Sequence record: DRR378314_2631
Length of the DNA stretch: 45,962 nt
Reading direction: 5' to 3' (one strand)
Every line of letters begins with the position of its first letter. The first letter of the stretch is position 1. Below are positions 28,052 to 37,446 of the stretch, one piece after another. Below the pieces are notes generated by a model. The model had not been told where the DNA came from. It ran no database searches and saw nothing but the letters and a program-made list of their open reading frames with translations. The position numbers and the translations under genes were made by a program.

Positions 28052-29833
28052 TTAGGCGGCACGGACTTCGTGCAAAAAGCCTTCAATATCCTGTTTCAAT
28101 TTCTGGGAAAGCTCATCGAGACGGACAGATGCGGCCTGAACTTCTTGAGCCGCGGCCCCTGTTTCGCTCGCTTTTTCGGAAACCGTGCCAATTTTCTGGG
28201 AAACCTGATTTGTTCCGTTGCTGGCTTCCTGAACATTCCGGGAAATCTCGTTAGTTGCGGCGCTCTGCTCTTCAATGGCTGAGGAGATACCAACGGTGGA
28301 CTGACGAATGCTATTGATCACAGAGTCAATATTTGAAATTGCAGAAACAGCACTTTCTGTCGCGTTCTGCATGTCATTGATCTGCTGCGCAATTTCTTCA
28401 GTTGCCCGGGCTGTCTGATTAGCTAGTGATTTCACTTCTGAGGCGACGACCGCGAACCCTTTACCGGCATCACCAGCACGGGCGGCCTCGATGGTTGCGT
28501 TCAAAGCCAACAAGTTGGTCTGACCCGCAATGTCATTGATCATATCAACGACTTCGCTAATTTTCTTGGCTGTATCTGCCAGTGTTGAGACAGAGGTCGT
28601 ACTGTTGCTGGCTTCCACAACCGCTTTTTCGGAGACGTCATTAGCCTGCTGAACCTGACGGCTAATTTCAACAATCGATGAGCTTAGCTCTTCTGCCGCA
28701 GAGGCAACCGTCTGAACATTTTGCGAAGCTTCACTAGAGGCAGAGGCCACACCTTCTGCCAGTTCCTGTGAGCTGCCAGCAGTATTTGACATGGTATTCG
28801 CGGTTGCCTGAAGCTCTCTGGTCGCAAGGGAGACTGTTTGGATAACGTCCGAAACCTCTTTTTCAAATCCAGAGATTAACTCAGCGATATGATCCGCACG
28901 AGCCTGTTTCTCAGCAGCATCACGCTCACTCCGTTCACGCTCTTCGGTTTCGCGTTTGCGTTTTTGCTCCTGGTCCTGGCGCTCTCTCTCGGCCTCTTCT
29001 TTGGCATGTTGCTCAGCTTCTACCTGCATCCGGTCCTGTTCAATCGCATTTTCTTTAAAGACCAGGACAGCTCTTGCCATTTCGCCAATTTCATCTTTGT
29101 CTTCATGGTTTGGAACTTCAACATCCCTGTTTCCTTGAGACAAGTCTGACATTGCTGAAGTCAATTTTTGTACAGGAACCCGAATCATCCGGGTGATCAA
29201 CATGGTTACCCCGACAGCAATCAGAAACGCTAACACGCCGATGATGATAAACTGTTGAACAGCGCTTTCCCCATCGGTTATTGCTGTTTCAAAGCGTTGT
29301 TTTCCTTCAGCCTGCCAAACTTTCACAAGATCATTAATAGTTTTATACAAAACTTTGAACTTACCATCCGCAGCCATCATCATGATAACAGCGGTTGATG
29401 AGTCAATTTCTGCCATTTCAACAACAGAAACTACATCTTTGCTGTAGTCTCCAAGCTCTCCTTGCAATTTCTCCAGAAGCGCCAACTCTTCTGCAGAATA
29501 GTTTCCATTCTGAATGAAATCCGAGAGGCTTTTATTGGCCCCTTTCAGATAGACCAGCAATTGCTTGCTGAACTCTGTAAGTGTTTTTTCATCTACACCT
29601 GCAGTCGCCTGAGAAATAAGACGAAACACATTTCCATTGAACGCCTGTAAATCTCGTTGGAAGCGATAAGCCGCACCGTTCTTGGCTTCGGCTTGGGTGT
29701 AGAGAAGCTCCATCGTCTCCAGTTTCCGGTTACTATCCGAAATAGCCACGATACCCAGCACCACCAGGGCAATGACAAAGATAACGGGTGAAATGAGAAG
29801 CTTTTTTGAAATGCTCAGATTGCGTAACTTCAT
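28052..29833 (-). CDS. Methyl-accepting chemotaxis protein
   Basis: Two TMs flanking a helical periplasmic domain, HAMP (DEIGEMA), [17 protein letters not shown] hairpin tip. Confidence 0.95.
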   Translation of the reverse strand: MKLRNLSISKKLLISPVIFVIALVVLGIVAISDSNRKLETMELLYTQAEAKNGAAYRFQRDLQAFNGNVFRLISQATAGVDEKTLTEFSKQLLVYLKGANKSLSDFIQNGNYSAEELALLEKLQGELGDYSKDVVSVVEMAEIDSSTAVIMMMAADGKFKVLYKTINDLVKVWQAEGKQRFETAITDGESAVQQFIIIGVLAFLIAVGVTMLITRMIRVPVQKLTSAMSDLSQGNRDVEVPNHEDKDEIGEMARAVLVFKENAIEQDRMQVEAEQHAKEEAERERQDQEQKRKRETEERERSERDAAEKQARADHIAELISGFEKEVSDVIQTVSLATRELQATANTMSNTAGSSQELAEGVASASSEASQNVQTVASAAEELSSSIVEISRQVQQANDVSEKAVVEASNSTTSVSTLADTAKKISEVVDMINDIAGQTNLLALNATIEAARAGDAGKGFAVVASEVKSLANQTARATEEIAQQINDMQNATESAVSAISNIDSVINSIRQSTVGISSAIEEQSAATNEISRNVQEASNGTNQVSQKIGTVSEKASETGAAAQEVQAASVRLDELSQKLKQDIEGFLHEVRAA

Positions 29834-30004
29834 AATTTTTCCTCAGAGGAGCTGGACTAGGTTTGCAAAGGACTCACCACAACAAATCTAAACCAGTACA
29901 TTTAACAGTTGGGTTCTTATGCCCCTAAAGTAAGGAAAAACTTCTTAAGCTTTCCCTAACAAAGTTAAGTATTCCGGCTAAAATCGACTGAAAAAGGGAA
30001 TTTT

Positions 30005-30964
30005 TCAGGCAGCTTTCGGCTGACCTAAACCTTTTAGGATATAATCTGGGTCCTGAAACTTACGAATATCTGCAAAAAGAGCCCCTGTCGGATCGTATGT
30101 CCTGCTCAATAATTTTATCCACTGCTTCAAACGGCCAGCCCGTCGATGATCACTTTTCATGGCAAGCAAAAGCTGATTATAACTGATAAGCAAATCACTG
30201 ATCATATCCCAGGAGAATTTTTCTGGCAGTTCACCCTTCAGTTCTTTAGCTAGGCTTGGGCGGGCAATCGCCCCCCGGCCGATCATGAATTCATGGCATC
30301 CACTAATGGATTGACAAGCCTTGAAATCGTTGGGGCTCCAGATCTCCCCATTTGCAATTACCCGGATTTTCAGTTTCTCGCGGATCGGGGACAGATATTC
30401 CCAATGGGCGGGTGGCTTATACCCCTCCAGCTTGGTTCGGGCATGAACCGTCAGCTTTCCTGCGCCGCCATCTTCAACAGCATGTGCATTATCCAGATAG
30501 AGACTTTTATCCTGGAACCCCAACCGCATCTTGGCGCTAACCGGAATATGTTCCGGTACAGCCCTTCGCACCGCCGAAACGATCTTATGAAGTCGATCCG
30601 GCCATTGCAGAAGTGTCGCGCCTGCATCGCGCCGATTAACGGTCTTGGCGGGGCAACCAAAGTTAAGATCTATACCCGGCGCTCCCAGTCCCACGACCTG
30701 CTCCGCGCTTTCTGCCAGTAAATTGGCGTCGCCGCCCATCAGTTGAACATGAACAGGAACGCCCGCCGCCGTTTTCCCGCCCTGCAGCAATTCAGGGCAA
30801 TAGCGATAATACACGCTGGCCGGAAGTAACTCCTGACTAACACGAACAAATTCAGACACGCACAGATCAAACCCTCCAACACGGGTCAGGATATCGCGCA
30901 TAAACTCATCCACCACCCCTTCCATTGGGGCGAGGGTTATTGTTTGTTCCATCTGAAGGCTCAT
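30005..30964 (-). CDS. dusC: tRNA-dihydrouridine synthase, DusC type
   Basis: LAPMEG, IDLNFGCP, VSAKMRLG, HARTKLEGYKPP, ANGEI. Confidence 0.85.
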   Translation of the reverse strand: MSLQMEQTITLAPMEGVVDEFMRDILTRVGGFDLCVSEFVRVSQELLPASVYYRYCPELLQGGKTAAGVPVHVQLMGGDANLLAESAEQVVGLGAPGIDLNFGCPAKTVNRRDAGATLLQWPDRLHKIVSAVRRAVPEHIPVSAKMRLGFQDKSLYLDNAHAVEDGGAGKLTVHARTKLEGYKPPAHWEYLSPIREKLKIRVIANGEIWSPNDFKACQSISGCHEFMIGRGAIARPSLAKELKGELPEKFSWDMISDLLISYNQLLLAMKSDHRRAGRLKQWIKLLSRTYDPTGALFADIRKFQDPDYILKGLGQPKAA

Positions 30965-31122
30965 CCTTTTCGGGACCGGTTTGATGCCCTTCCCATATCA
31001 CATTCTGCTTGAAGAAGGATTCATTAATTGAGTTGTCATAAAATAATGCTAAATAGAGAAGGATCAACAAAAGATATATTAGAAGTAAACAGTAACCATA
31101 GGGGTTGCTGAAAGGAAAAAAT

Positions 31123-32619
31123 ATGACAGGATTTCTGACAAACACCACGTCAGGACATGGTGCTGCAAGAGAGCTCACCAGATACGATACGGCAGACGAT
31201 GCCCTCATCGCTATCGAAACGCTTTATTCCGAGAATGTTGCCAAGATCAAGAAACGATTTAAGGCCTTTACCGACGGTGACAACACAAGCCCGCTGGACA
31301 CCGCCTATTACCCCTATCTAGGCATTGAAATTGGCGCCCAGGATATCAACCTGACGGGCCATCTGGCCTACGGGAACCTCCATTCCGCTGGTATTTTTGG
31401 GACAACTCTGACCCGACCGGAATTGTTCAAAAGTTATTACCGGGAACAAATTGAACTGATTATCCATAATCATGAAAAGCCCGTCTATGTGGGCCTGAGT
31501 GATCGGCCTATCCCACTGCCCTTTGTGGTGGAGAAAGCCTCTTCTGCTGTGTCGGCCGCCGATGTCCCTTCGCTTCAAAGCATTTTTCCGATGCCGGATT
31601 TGGCCAACATCAATGATACGATTGCAAATGGCACCTTTACACCAGCGACAGGCGAACCCTACCCCCTAGCCCTGTTTACGGCAGAGCGGGTGGACTATTC
31701 GCTGCTGCGTCTCTCTCATTACACAGGCACATCCCCGGAACATTTTCAACGCTTCGTTTTATTCACCAATTATCAACGCTATGTTGATGAATTTATTGAA
31801 TATGGAAAAGAGCAGGTAAAGGAAGGCGGCCAATACCGCTGCTTTGTTGAGCCGGGAAATGTGATTACCAACAATCCGGAGTTTGAAGAGGGACCGACTA
31901 AAAGTGGGGTCGCGCCAGCACATTTGCCCCAAATGCCAGCCTATCATCTGGTTACTGACCAACATGAGGGGATTACCCTTGTCAATATCGGCGTTGGGCC
32001 TTCAAATGCCAAGACGATAACCGATCATATCGCCGTTTTGCGGCCCCATTGCTGGCTGATGGTCGGTCATTGCGGCGGGCTTCGGCGAACCCAAAGCCTT
32101 GGGGATTATGTGCTCGCCCACGCCTATGTTCGTGAAGACCATGTGCTTGATGAAGATATTCACCCGTCCGTCCCGCTCCCGGCTATTGCGGAGATTCAAG
32201 TCGCCTTAACCGATGCGGTCGCGGCCTCCTCCCAGGGCACCGCCAGTCGCGCCCAGCTGAAAGAACATTTCAGGACCGGAACGGTTTACACGACCGATGA
32301 CCGGGATTGGGAACTGCGCCACAAAGAGCTCGCCCAGCGGTTTAATCAGACCAAAGCCATCGCGATTGATATGGAATCATCGACGATTGCAGCAAACGGT
32401 TTTCGCTTTAGGGTTCCCTATGGCACCTTGCTTTGTGTGTCTGACAAACCCCTGCACGGTGAGATTAAACTTCCCGGAATGGCCAATAAATTCTACCAGG
32501 ACCGGACAGCAAAACATCTTCGCATCGGGATCGAAACGCTCAGGATGCTGCGCGAAAACGGGATTGAAAGCATGCATTCCCGTAAATTGCGCAGTTTTGA
32601 TGAGCCAGCGTTTCGCTGA
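31123..32619 (+). CDS. amn: AMP nucleosidase
   Basis: LFTNYQ, QMPAYHL, NIGVGPSNAKTITDH, DMES, VSDKPLHGEIK, LHSRKLR-like C-terminus; start ATG 31123. Confidence 0.95.
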   Translation: MTGFLTNTTSGHGAARELTRYDTADDALIAIETLYSENVAKIKKRFKAFTDGDNTSPLDTAYYPYLGIEIGAQDINLTGHLAYGNLHSAGIFGTTLTRPELFKSYYREQIELIIHNHEKPVYVGLSDRPIPLPFVVEKASSAVSAADVPSLQSIFPMPDLANINDTIANGTFTPATGEPYPLALFTAERVDYSLLRLSHYTGTSPEHFQRFVLFTNYQRYVDEFIEYGKEQVKEGGQYRCFVEPGNVITNNPEFEEGPTKSGVAPAHLPQMPAYHLVTDQHEGITLVNIGVGPSNAKTITDHIAVLRPHCWLMVGHCGGLRRTQSLGDYVLAHAYVREDHVLDEDIHPSVPLPAIAEIQVALTDAVAASSQGTASRAQLKEHFRTGTVYTTDDRDWELRHKELAQRFNQTKAIAIDMESSTIAANGFRFRVPYGTLLCVSDKPLHGEIKLPGMANKFYQDRTAKHLRIGIETLRMLRENGIESMHSRKLRSFDEPAFR

Positions 32620-33510
32620 TCAGTTGTTTGAGATATGGGGCAAAATCAGGTCTGCCAGATGATCACATAGGTCTGGGGACAAATCGTGCCCCATGCCTTG
32701 GACCAGTTTAAACTGGCTATTTGAAATATGGTTTGCCACATCCTCCCCGCAGATAGGCTGAACCAACGTGTCGCTTGTCCCATGAATGACAAGGGACCTG
32801 GTGCCAATTGTTGTCAGCAGGTCCCGTCGGGACGGGGCTGCCATAACGGCTGAATATTGCCGCATATACCCGCCGGGGCTATAGGAGCGGTCAATACAGG
32901 CTTCAATATGCGCTTTTAAAGCGGCCTTATCCCAGGGAAAGCCTGCACTTCCGATCACGGAATTAACGGTCAGGCCAAACTCCACGATATCCGCTTTTTC
33001 CTGACTTTGCGGGGCTGAGGCCAGAACGGCGCCGGCTGCTGCTGTTGGTCCGGGAAGAGACGGATCTGAAGAGGAGGACATGATCGAGGTTAAGCTCAGG
33101 ACCATTTGCGGGTATTGAGCTGCAATAAGCTGCGCAATCATACCACCCATGGACATGCCGACCACATGCGCTTTTGCAATGTTAAGCCCATTCAGCAGAC
33201 CAGTCACATCCAAAGCCATATCCGCTAATTGATAGGGAACTTCCGGGTTTTCGCCAGCTATTTTCGCATGCAATATTGCGGCTGGATCCGGAATACTCAA
33301 GTGATCCAGTTTTTGCGACAAGCCCACATCCCGGTTGTCAAACCGGATAACCTGATACCCTGAGCGGGCCAGTTTCTCGCAAAAGGGTAGCGGCCAATCG
33401 ATCAGTTGAAACCCGAGCCCGGCAATCAGGATAACGGCAGGATCACCTAGCTTGCCGATAAGCTCATATTCAAGCTCCACCCCGTTACACTTCATCCGCG
33501 GCATACCCAT
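32620..33510 (-). CDS. Alpha/beta hydrolase (esterase/lipase-like)
   Basis: FDNRDVG, GMSMGG nucleophile, HGTSD acid, GMGHD His. Confidence 0.92.
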   Translation of the reverse strand: MGMPRMKCNGVELEYELIGKLGDPAVILIAGLGFQLIDWPLPFCEKLARSGYQVIRFDNRDVGLSQKLDHLSIPDPAAILHAKIAGENPEVPYQLADMALDVTGLLNGLNIAKAHVVGMSMGGMIAQLIAAQYPQMVLSLTSIMSSSSDPSLPGPTAAAGAVLASAPQSQEKADIVEFGLTVNSVIGSAGFPWDKAALKAHIEACIDRSYSPGGYMRQYSAVMAAPSRRDLLTTIGTRSLVIHGTSDTLVQPICGEDVANHISNSQFKLVQGMGHDLSPDLCDHLADLILPHISNN

Positions 33511-33533
33511 CTCCGTTCTATATCCATCTCACT

Positions 33534-33564
33534 AAAAAAGCGGACCTGTTTGCGGGTCCGCTTT
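33534..33564 (-). terminator. Intrinsic terminator after trxA
   Basis: AAAAAA-GCGGACCTG...CGGGTCCGC hairpin; U-tract on the minus strand. Confidence 0.85.
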
Positions 33565-33591
33565 CATCAATTTCAAGGCCTGAAAATTACC

Positions 33592-33912
33592 TTAGCCGCT
33601 GGATTTGATCCAGCTTTCAATCTGTCCTTTGGGAGAGGCGCCGACTTTTGTTGCCGCCACTTCACCATCTTTGAACAACATCATGGTCGGGATATTCCGA
33701 ATACCATATTTGGTTGGAACGTTCGGGTTCTCGTCGATGTTGATCTTGGCAATCGTTACCTGACCGCCCATCTCATTCGAGATTTCCTCGAGCGCTGGCG
33801 CGATGGCCTTACAAGGACCACACCATTCGGCCCAGAAATCCACTAGAACCAATCCATCACTTTTGAGTACATCATCTTCGAAAGATGCATCTGTTACATT
33901 TGTTGTGGCCAT
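33592..33912 (-). CDS. trxA: Thioredoxin
   Basis: [13 protein letters not shown] cis-Pro; start ATG 33912. Confidence 0.97.
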   Translation of the reverse strand: MATTNVTDASFEDDVLKSDGLVLVDFWAEWCGPCKAIAPALEEISNEMGGQVTIAKINIDENPNVPTKYGIRNIPTMMLFKDGEVAATKVGASPKGQIESWIKSSG

Positions 33913-34023
33913 TATGCTTTCATCCTGACTTAATAAATACAGCGCCCACCGAAGTGAAAATCGCATATCACTTTTCTGATACTTACGTATCCCTTGCGTC
34001 TCCGTCAAGTGACTGAGACTACA

Positions 34024-37000
34024 TCATGTGTCCGCAAGTGTCATCATATGTGGCCCATCTGTCCATAACAGGCCGCATTTAATCCGTTTTTCCGGATACA
34101 TTTTTTTCAGGGCGGTTCGATAAATTTCCATTTGCCGAAGATAGACACCCGGAACATCCTTGATATCGGTTGGGGATGGTCGGTTCGTTTTATAGTCCAC
34201 AATCAAAATCTCCTCCTCCCCAATCAGCATCCGATCAATTTGACCGGACATGATACGATCGCCCATCAAGGCAGTTACCGGGACCTCTGCTTTACTGTCT
34301 GGCCCGAAAATGTCGCCAAAGTCCGGATGATTGAGAACGGTCAGGGTCTCTGTCAAAATTTGGTGCTGCTGGGTATCTGACAGTCCATGTGTTGGCCGGG
34401 CAAGCCAGGTTTTTGCTGTCTGCTCACGACCTGCGATCGGAACGGCTGGCAGACTTTCGAGCAGGCGATGAATAATTAAACCGCGATGAAACCGATGTCC
34501 GTCATCTTCCCCCAAAGGAGAGCGAACCGGTGGCTCCTCATCCTCTCGTGAGGGGGTCAGCGGTTGCGGTGGAAAAGGTTCCATTTCCGGCAAGTCCGTC
34601 ATCCATGTTGGTAGCGTTTTCGTGGGTACAAATGTCGGACCCTCTGAAACCGTCTGTTCTTCTGCAACACCTGTCCCACTGCAGCGGCGCCGGGCAATTC
34701 CCCCAAAGGGAAGTTCCACCTCTTCAATGGCATGGTCTGCCCCTTCGCCAAACGCCCTGTCCACCAGGTCATACCAACATCCGCTTGGCCGGGCCTGTTT
34801 GTTTTCCCAGCCGCAAATATACAAACGATCTTCAGCCCGGGTCAGGGCCACATAAAGCAATCGGCGCTTTTCTTCTTCCGACCGGGCTTTGAGCGTATCG
34901 CGCACCCTGGATGTATATTTATCGAAATTTTCCTTTCGGACCGGCCAAAGAGGCGTTGGAACCTCGCCATCAGCCCAGATAACCTGACTGGATCTTGGCG
35001 GGGCCGATCGTTGACAGGTATCCGGCAGAAAAACAATCGGGGCCTGCAAGCCCTTTGATCCATGAACGGTCAGGATCCGAACTTCATTCCGCCCCTGCTC
35101 CATATCCCGTTTAATCTCTGCGCCGCCGGATTGAACCCAATGCAGAAAGCCTTGCAAAGAGCTGGTTTCAGATTTCTGGTAATTCAACGCAAGGGACAAA
35201 AACTCTTCGATTGGATCCAGCGCTTCCTCTCCCAGTCGCGCCAACAGCTTTTTCCGGCCCCGGTCCCGACCCAGAATTTCAGCGTAAAATTCATATACTG
35301 GAATAAAATCAGCCCGATTCAATTGAGACTTCAGAAATGTCACAACAGCGGTGTACTTGCTGTTTCCTGCCGCTTTATCCTGCAAAGCAGACCAAAGTGT
35401 GCCTTTTCGCCCATGGGCCAGATCGAAAAGATCCCTATCGTCCAGCCCGCCAAACGGACTTTTTAATAGAGCTGCCAGATTAAGATCATCCTCTGGCAGC
35501 AGGACAAAATTCCCAAGGGCGATGAGATCCAGAACTGCCAACTGTTCCGTCAGGCGCATCCGATCAGCACCGGCAACCGGAATATCGTGGGTTTTAAGGG
35601 CGCGCACCAGTTCATCAAACAGGGCGTTCCGGCTTTGAACCAGGATCATGATATCCTTAGGTTCGATGGCCCGGTTGCGTGAAGCCAGTTTTTGATGCGT
35701 TGACAGCCAAACTTTGATTTGTACCGCTATATTTTCCGCCAGTTTAGCAGGCGGACTGATGGTAAATCCCTGATCCAGCGGTATCTCCCAGGGATCCTCC
35801 TCACCCACCGGTTCCGGTTTTACAACTGGCCAGATTTCCGTATGTCCGATCTGATCCAAGCGATGAATAAAATGACGAACCTGCTCTGCCCCGAACGTGA
35901 CACCAGATCGCGCCTGTTCCTGTGCAAAAACCTCATCAACCAGGGACAAAACCGCATGGGTGGACCGAAAAGACAGCTCCATAGGCACCTGTTGCCAGCT
36001 TTTCTCTGCCACCGCAGCCTTTTTTTCAAATAAATGCCGCATATAGTCAAAGGCCGCTGGGTCCGCCCCCTGAAAGGAATAAATCGACTGCTTTTCATCG
36101 CCCACCACAAACAGGGTTCGGCCCAAGTCCCGTGCTGTATCACCACTGAAAAATTCTGTGGTCAGGGCCTTGATGACTTCCCATTGCTCCGGACTGGTAT
36201 CCTGCGCTTCGTCGACCAAAACATGATCAATCCCCCCATCCAGTTTATACATCACCCAAGGTGTGACCGCCTGCAAACTGAGGAGATCGCGGGTCGTCAA
36301 AATCAGATCATCAAAATCAAGGGCGCCGCGGCGGGTTTTTTCCCGCTCATATTCCTGCAGCAACCAACGGCCCAGCTCCAGCATGGCAGTCGTGCTTGCC
36401 AGCACACGAAGACGTCGCCGCCTGTCCACAATATCCTGAAGCCGATCCGCCTCGGCGGTCATAACCTCCAGAATATCCGGCATCGCATTCACTGTCGCTT
36501 TACTGGCGAGCGTACTGTCCGCTTTCCGTTCCAGATCTGCTTTCAAAAAGGCACTTAAATAATCTTCAAACAACGCGATCCGCTTTTCAGGTGCGGTAAG
36601 CCAGCGACTCATCTTTGAGGCTGTTTCCTGATCCCGTTTGCCACCAGCGCTCAAGGCCTCCACAGCCCGCCGAAGGCTCGCCCCCTCAAATGCAGTCTCC
36701 TCACAGGCCAGGCGAAGGAGGTCGGTTTCGTTCAAGTGCTGATCCGCGCCGAGCAACTGGGCAATATGCTGTGCCGCACCTGCCATATTTTCGACCGATT
36801 GGAAAAACCGTTTAAATCGCCCGCGCCGACTGCTTAACCCCATCATCAGGTCAGTGAAATCCTGCTCATTTATTTTTTCACTAACAATCTGAAGCGCCGA
36901 TTTCAGGGCTTTATTCCCATCCCCCTGGGACCGTGCCAGCAACCGATCCCGGCACACTTCCATTATTTCGGAAGCGGTACGATCATCCAATTCCTGAAAA

Positions 37001-37446
37001 TTTGGGGAAATTCCTGCCTCCAGCGGAAAACGCGCTAAAACAGATCCGCAAAAAGAATGGATCGTCTGAATTTTCAGCCCGCCCGGTGCATCCAAAACAT
37101 TGGCAAAAAGTTGCCGGGCGCGGATAACCTCTGCTGCACCCGGGCGATACCCCTGCAGGTCTTCAATGGCGGCAATCAAGTCCGCTTCATCCTTTACAGA
37201 CCAGTCCCCCAGCGTCTTGTTCAGGCGGTTCGCCATCTCGGCGGCGGCGGCTTTGGTAAAAGTGATACACAAAATCCGCTCCGGCGCGGTACCGCCCAGC
37301 ATCAAGCGCAAGGTTCGATCCACCAGAACCCGCGTTTTTCCCGATCCGGCAGATGCAGATACCCACACGGAATGGGTTGGGTTGGCGGCCAGTTGCTGGG
37401 CTTTGATCCCGGCGACAGTCTTGGTGGATGGGCTCCCGCTATTCAT
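34024..37446 (-). CDS. addA: Double-strand break repair helicase-nuclease AddA
   Basis: ASAGSGKT, DEAQD, GDEKQSIY, TVHGSKGL, YVALTRA, C-terminal GQIDR...DYKT nuclease. Confidence 0.97.
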   Translation of the reverse strand: MNSGSPSTKTVAGIKAQQLAANPTHSVWVSASAGSGKTRVLVDRTLRLMLGGTAPERILCITFTKAAAAEMANRLNKTLGDWSVKDEADLIAAIEDLQGYRPGAAEVIRARQLFANVLDAPGGLKIQTIHSFCGSVLARFPLEAGISPNFQELDDRTASEIMEVCRDRLLARSQGDGNKALKSALQIVSEKINEQDFTDLMMGLSSRRGRFKRFFQSVENMAGAAQHIAQLLGADQHLNETDLLRLACEETAFEGASLRRAVEALSAGGKRDQETASKMSRWLTAPEKRIALFEDYLSAFLKADLERKADSTLASKATVNAMPDILEVMTAEADRLQDIVDRRRRLRVLASTTAMLELGRWLLQEYEREKTRRGALDFDDLILTTRDLLSLQAVTPWVMYKLDGGIDHVLVDEAQDTSPEQWEVIKALTTEFFSGDTARDLGRTLFVVGDEKQSIYSFQGADPAAFDYMRHLFEKKAAVAEKSWQQVPMELSFRSTHAVLSLVDEVFAQEQARSGVTFGAEQVRHFIHRLDQIGHTEIWPVVKPEPVGEEDPWEIPLDQGFTISPPAKLAENIAVQIKVWLSTHQKLASRNRAIEPKDIMILVQSRNALFDELVRALKTHDIPVAGADRMRLTEQLAVLDLIALGNFVLLPEDDLNLAALLKSPFGGLDDRDLFDLAHGRKGTLWSALQDKAAGNSKYTAVVTFLKSQLNRADFIPVYEFYAEILGRDRGRKKLLARLGEEALDPIEEFLSLALNYQKSETSSLQGFLHWVQSGGAEIKRDMEQGRNEVRILTVHGSKGLQAPIVFLPDTCQRSAPPRSSQVIWADGEVPTPLWPVRKENFDKYTSRVRDTLKARSEEEKRRLLYVALTRAEDRLYICGWENKQARPSGCWYDLVDRAFGEGADHAIEEVELPFGGIARRRCSGTGVAEEQTVSEGPTFVPTKTLPTWMTDLPEMEPFPPQPLTPSREDEEPPVRSPLGEDDGHRFHRGLIIHRLLESLPAVPIAGREQTAKTWLARPTHGLSDTQQHQILTETLTVLNHPDFGDIFGPDSKAEVPVTALMGDRIMSGQIDRMLIGEEEILIVDYKTNRPSPTDIKDVPGVYLRQMEIYRTALKKMYPEKRIKCGLLWTDGPHMMTLADT

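Noticed and set aside
32615-32625. Convergent amn and hydrolase stops abut with no terminator (same at 12163/12164)
   Set aside because: Common in compact genomes; no evidence of antisense regulation from sequence alone
33913-34008. 32-aa N-terminal extension of thioredoxin in the ORF track
   Set aside because: Canonical TrxA starts at ATG 33912; the extension is an upstream open-frame artefact (similar over-extensions trimmed for several other genes)
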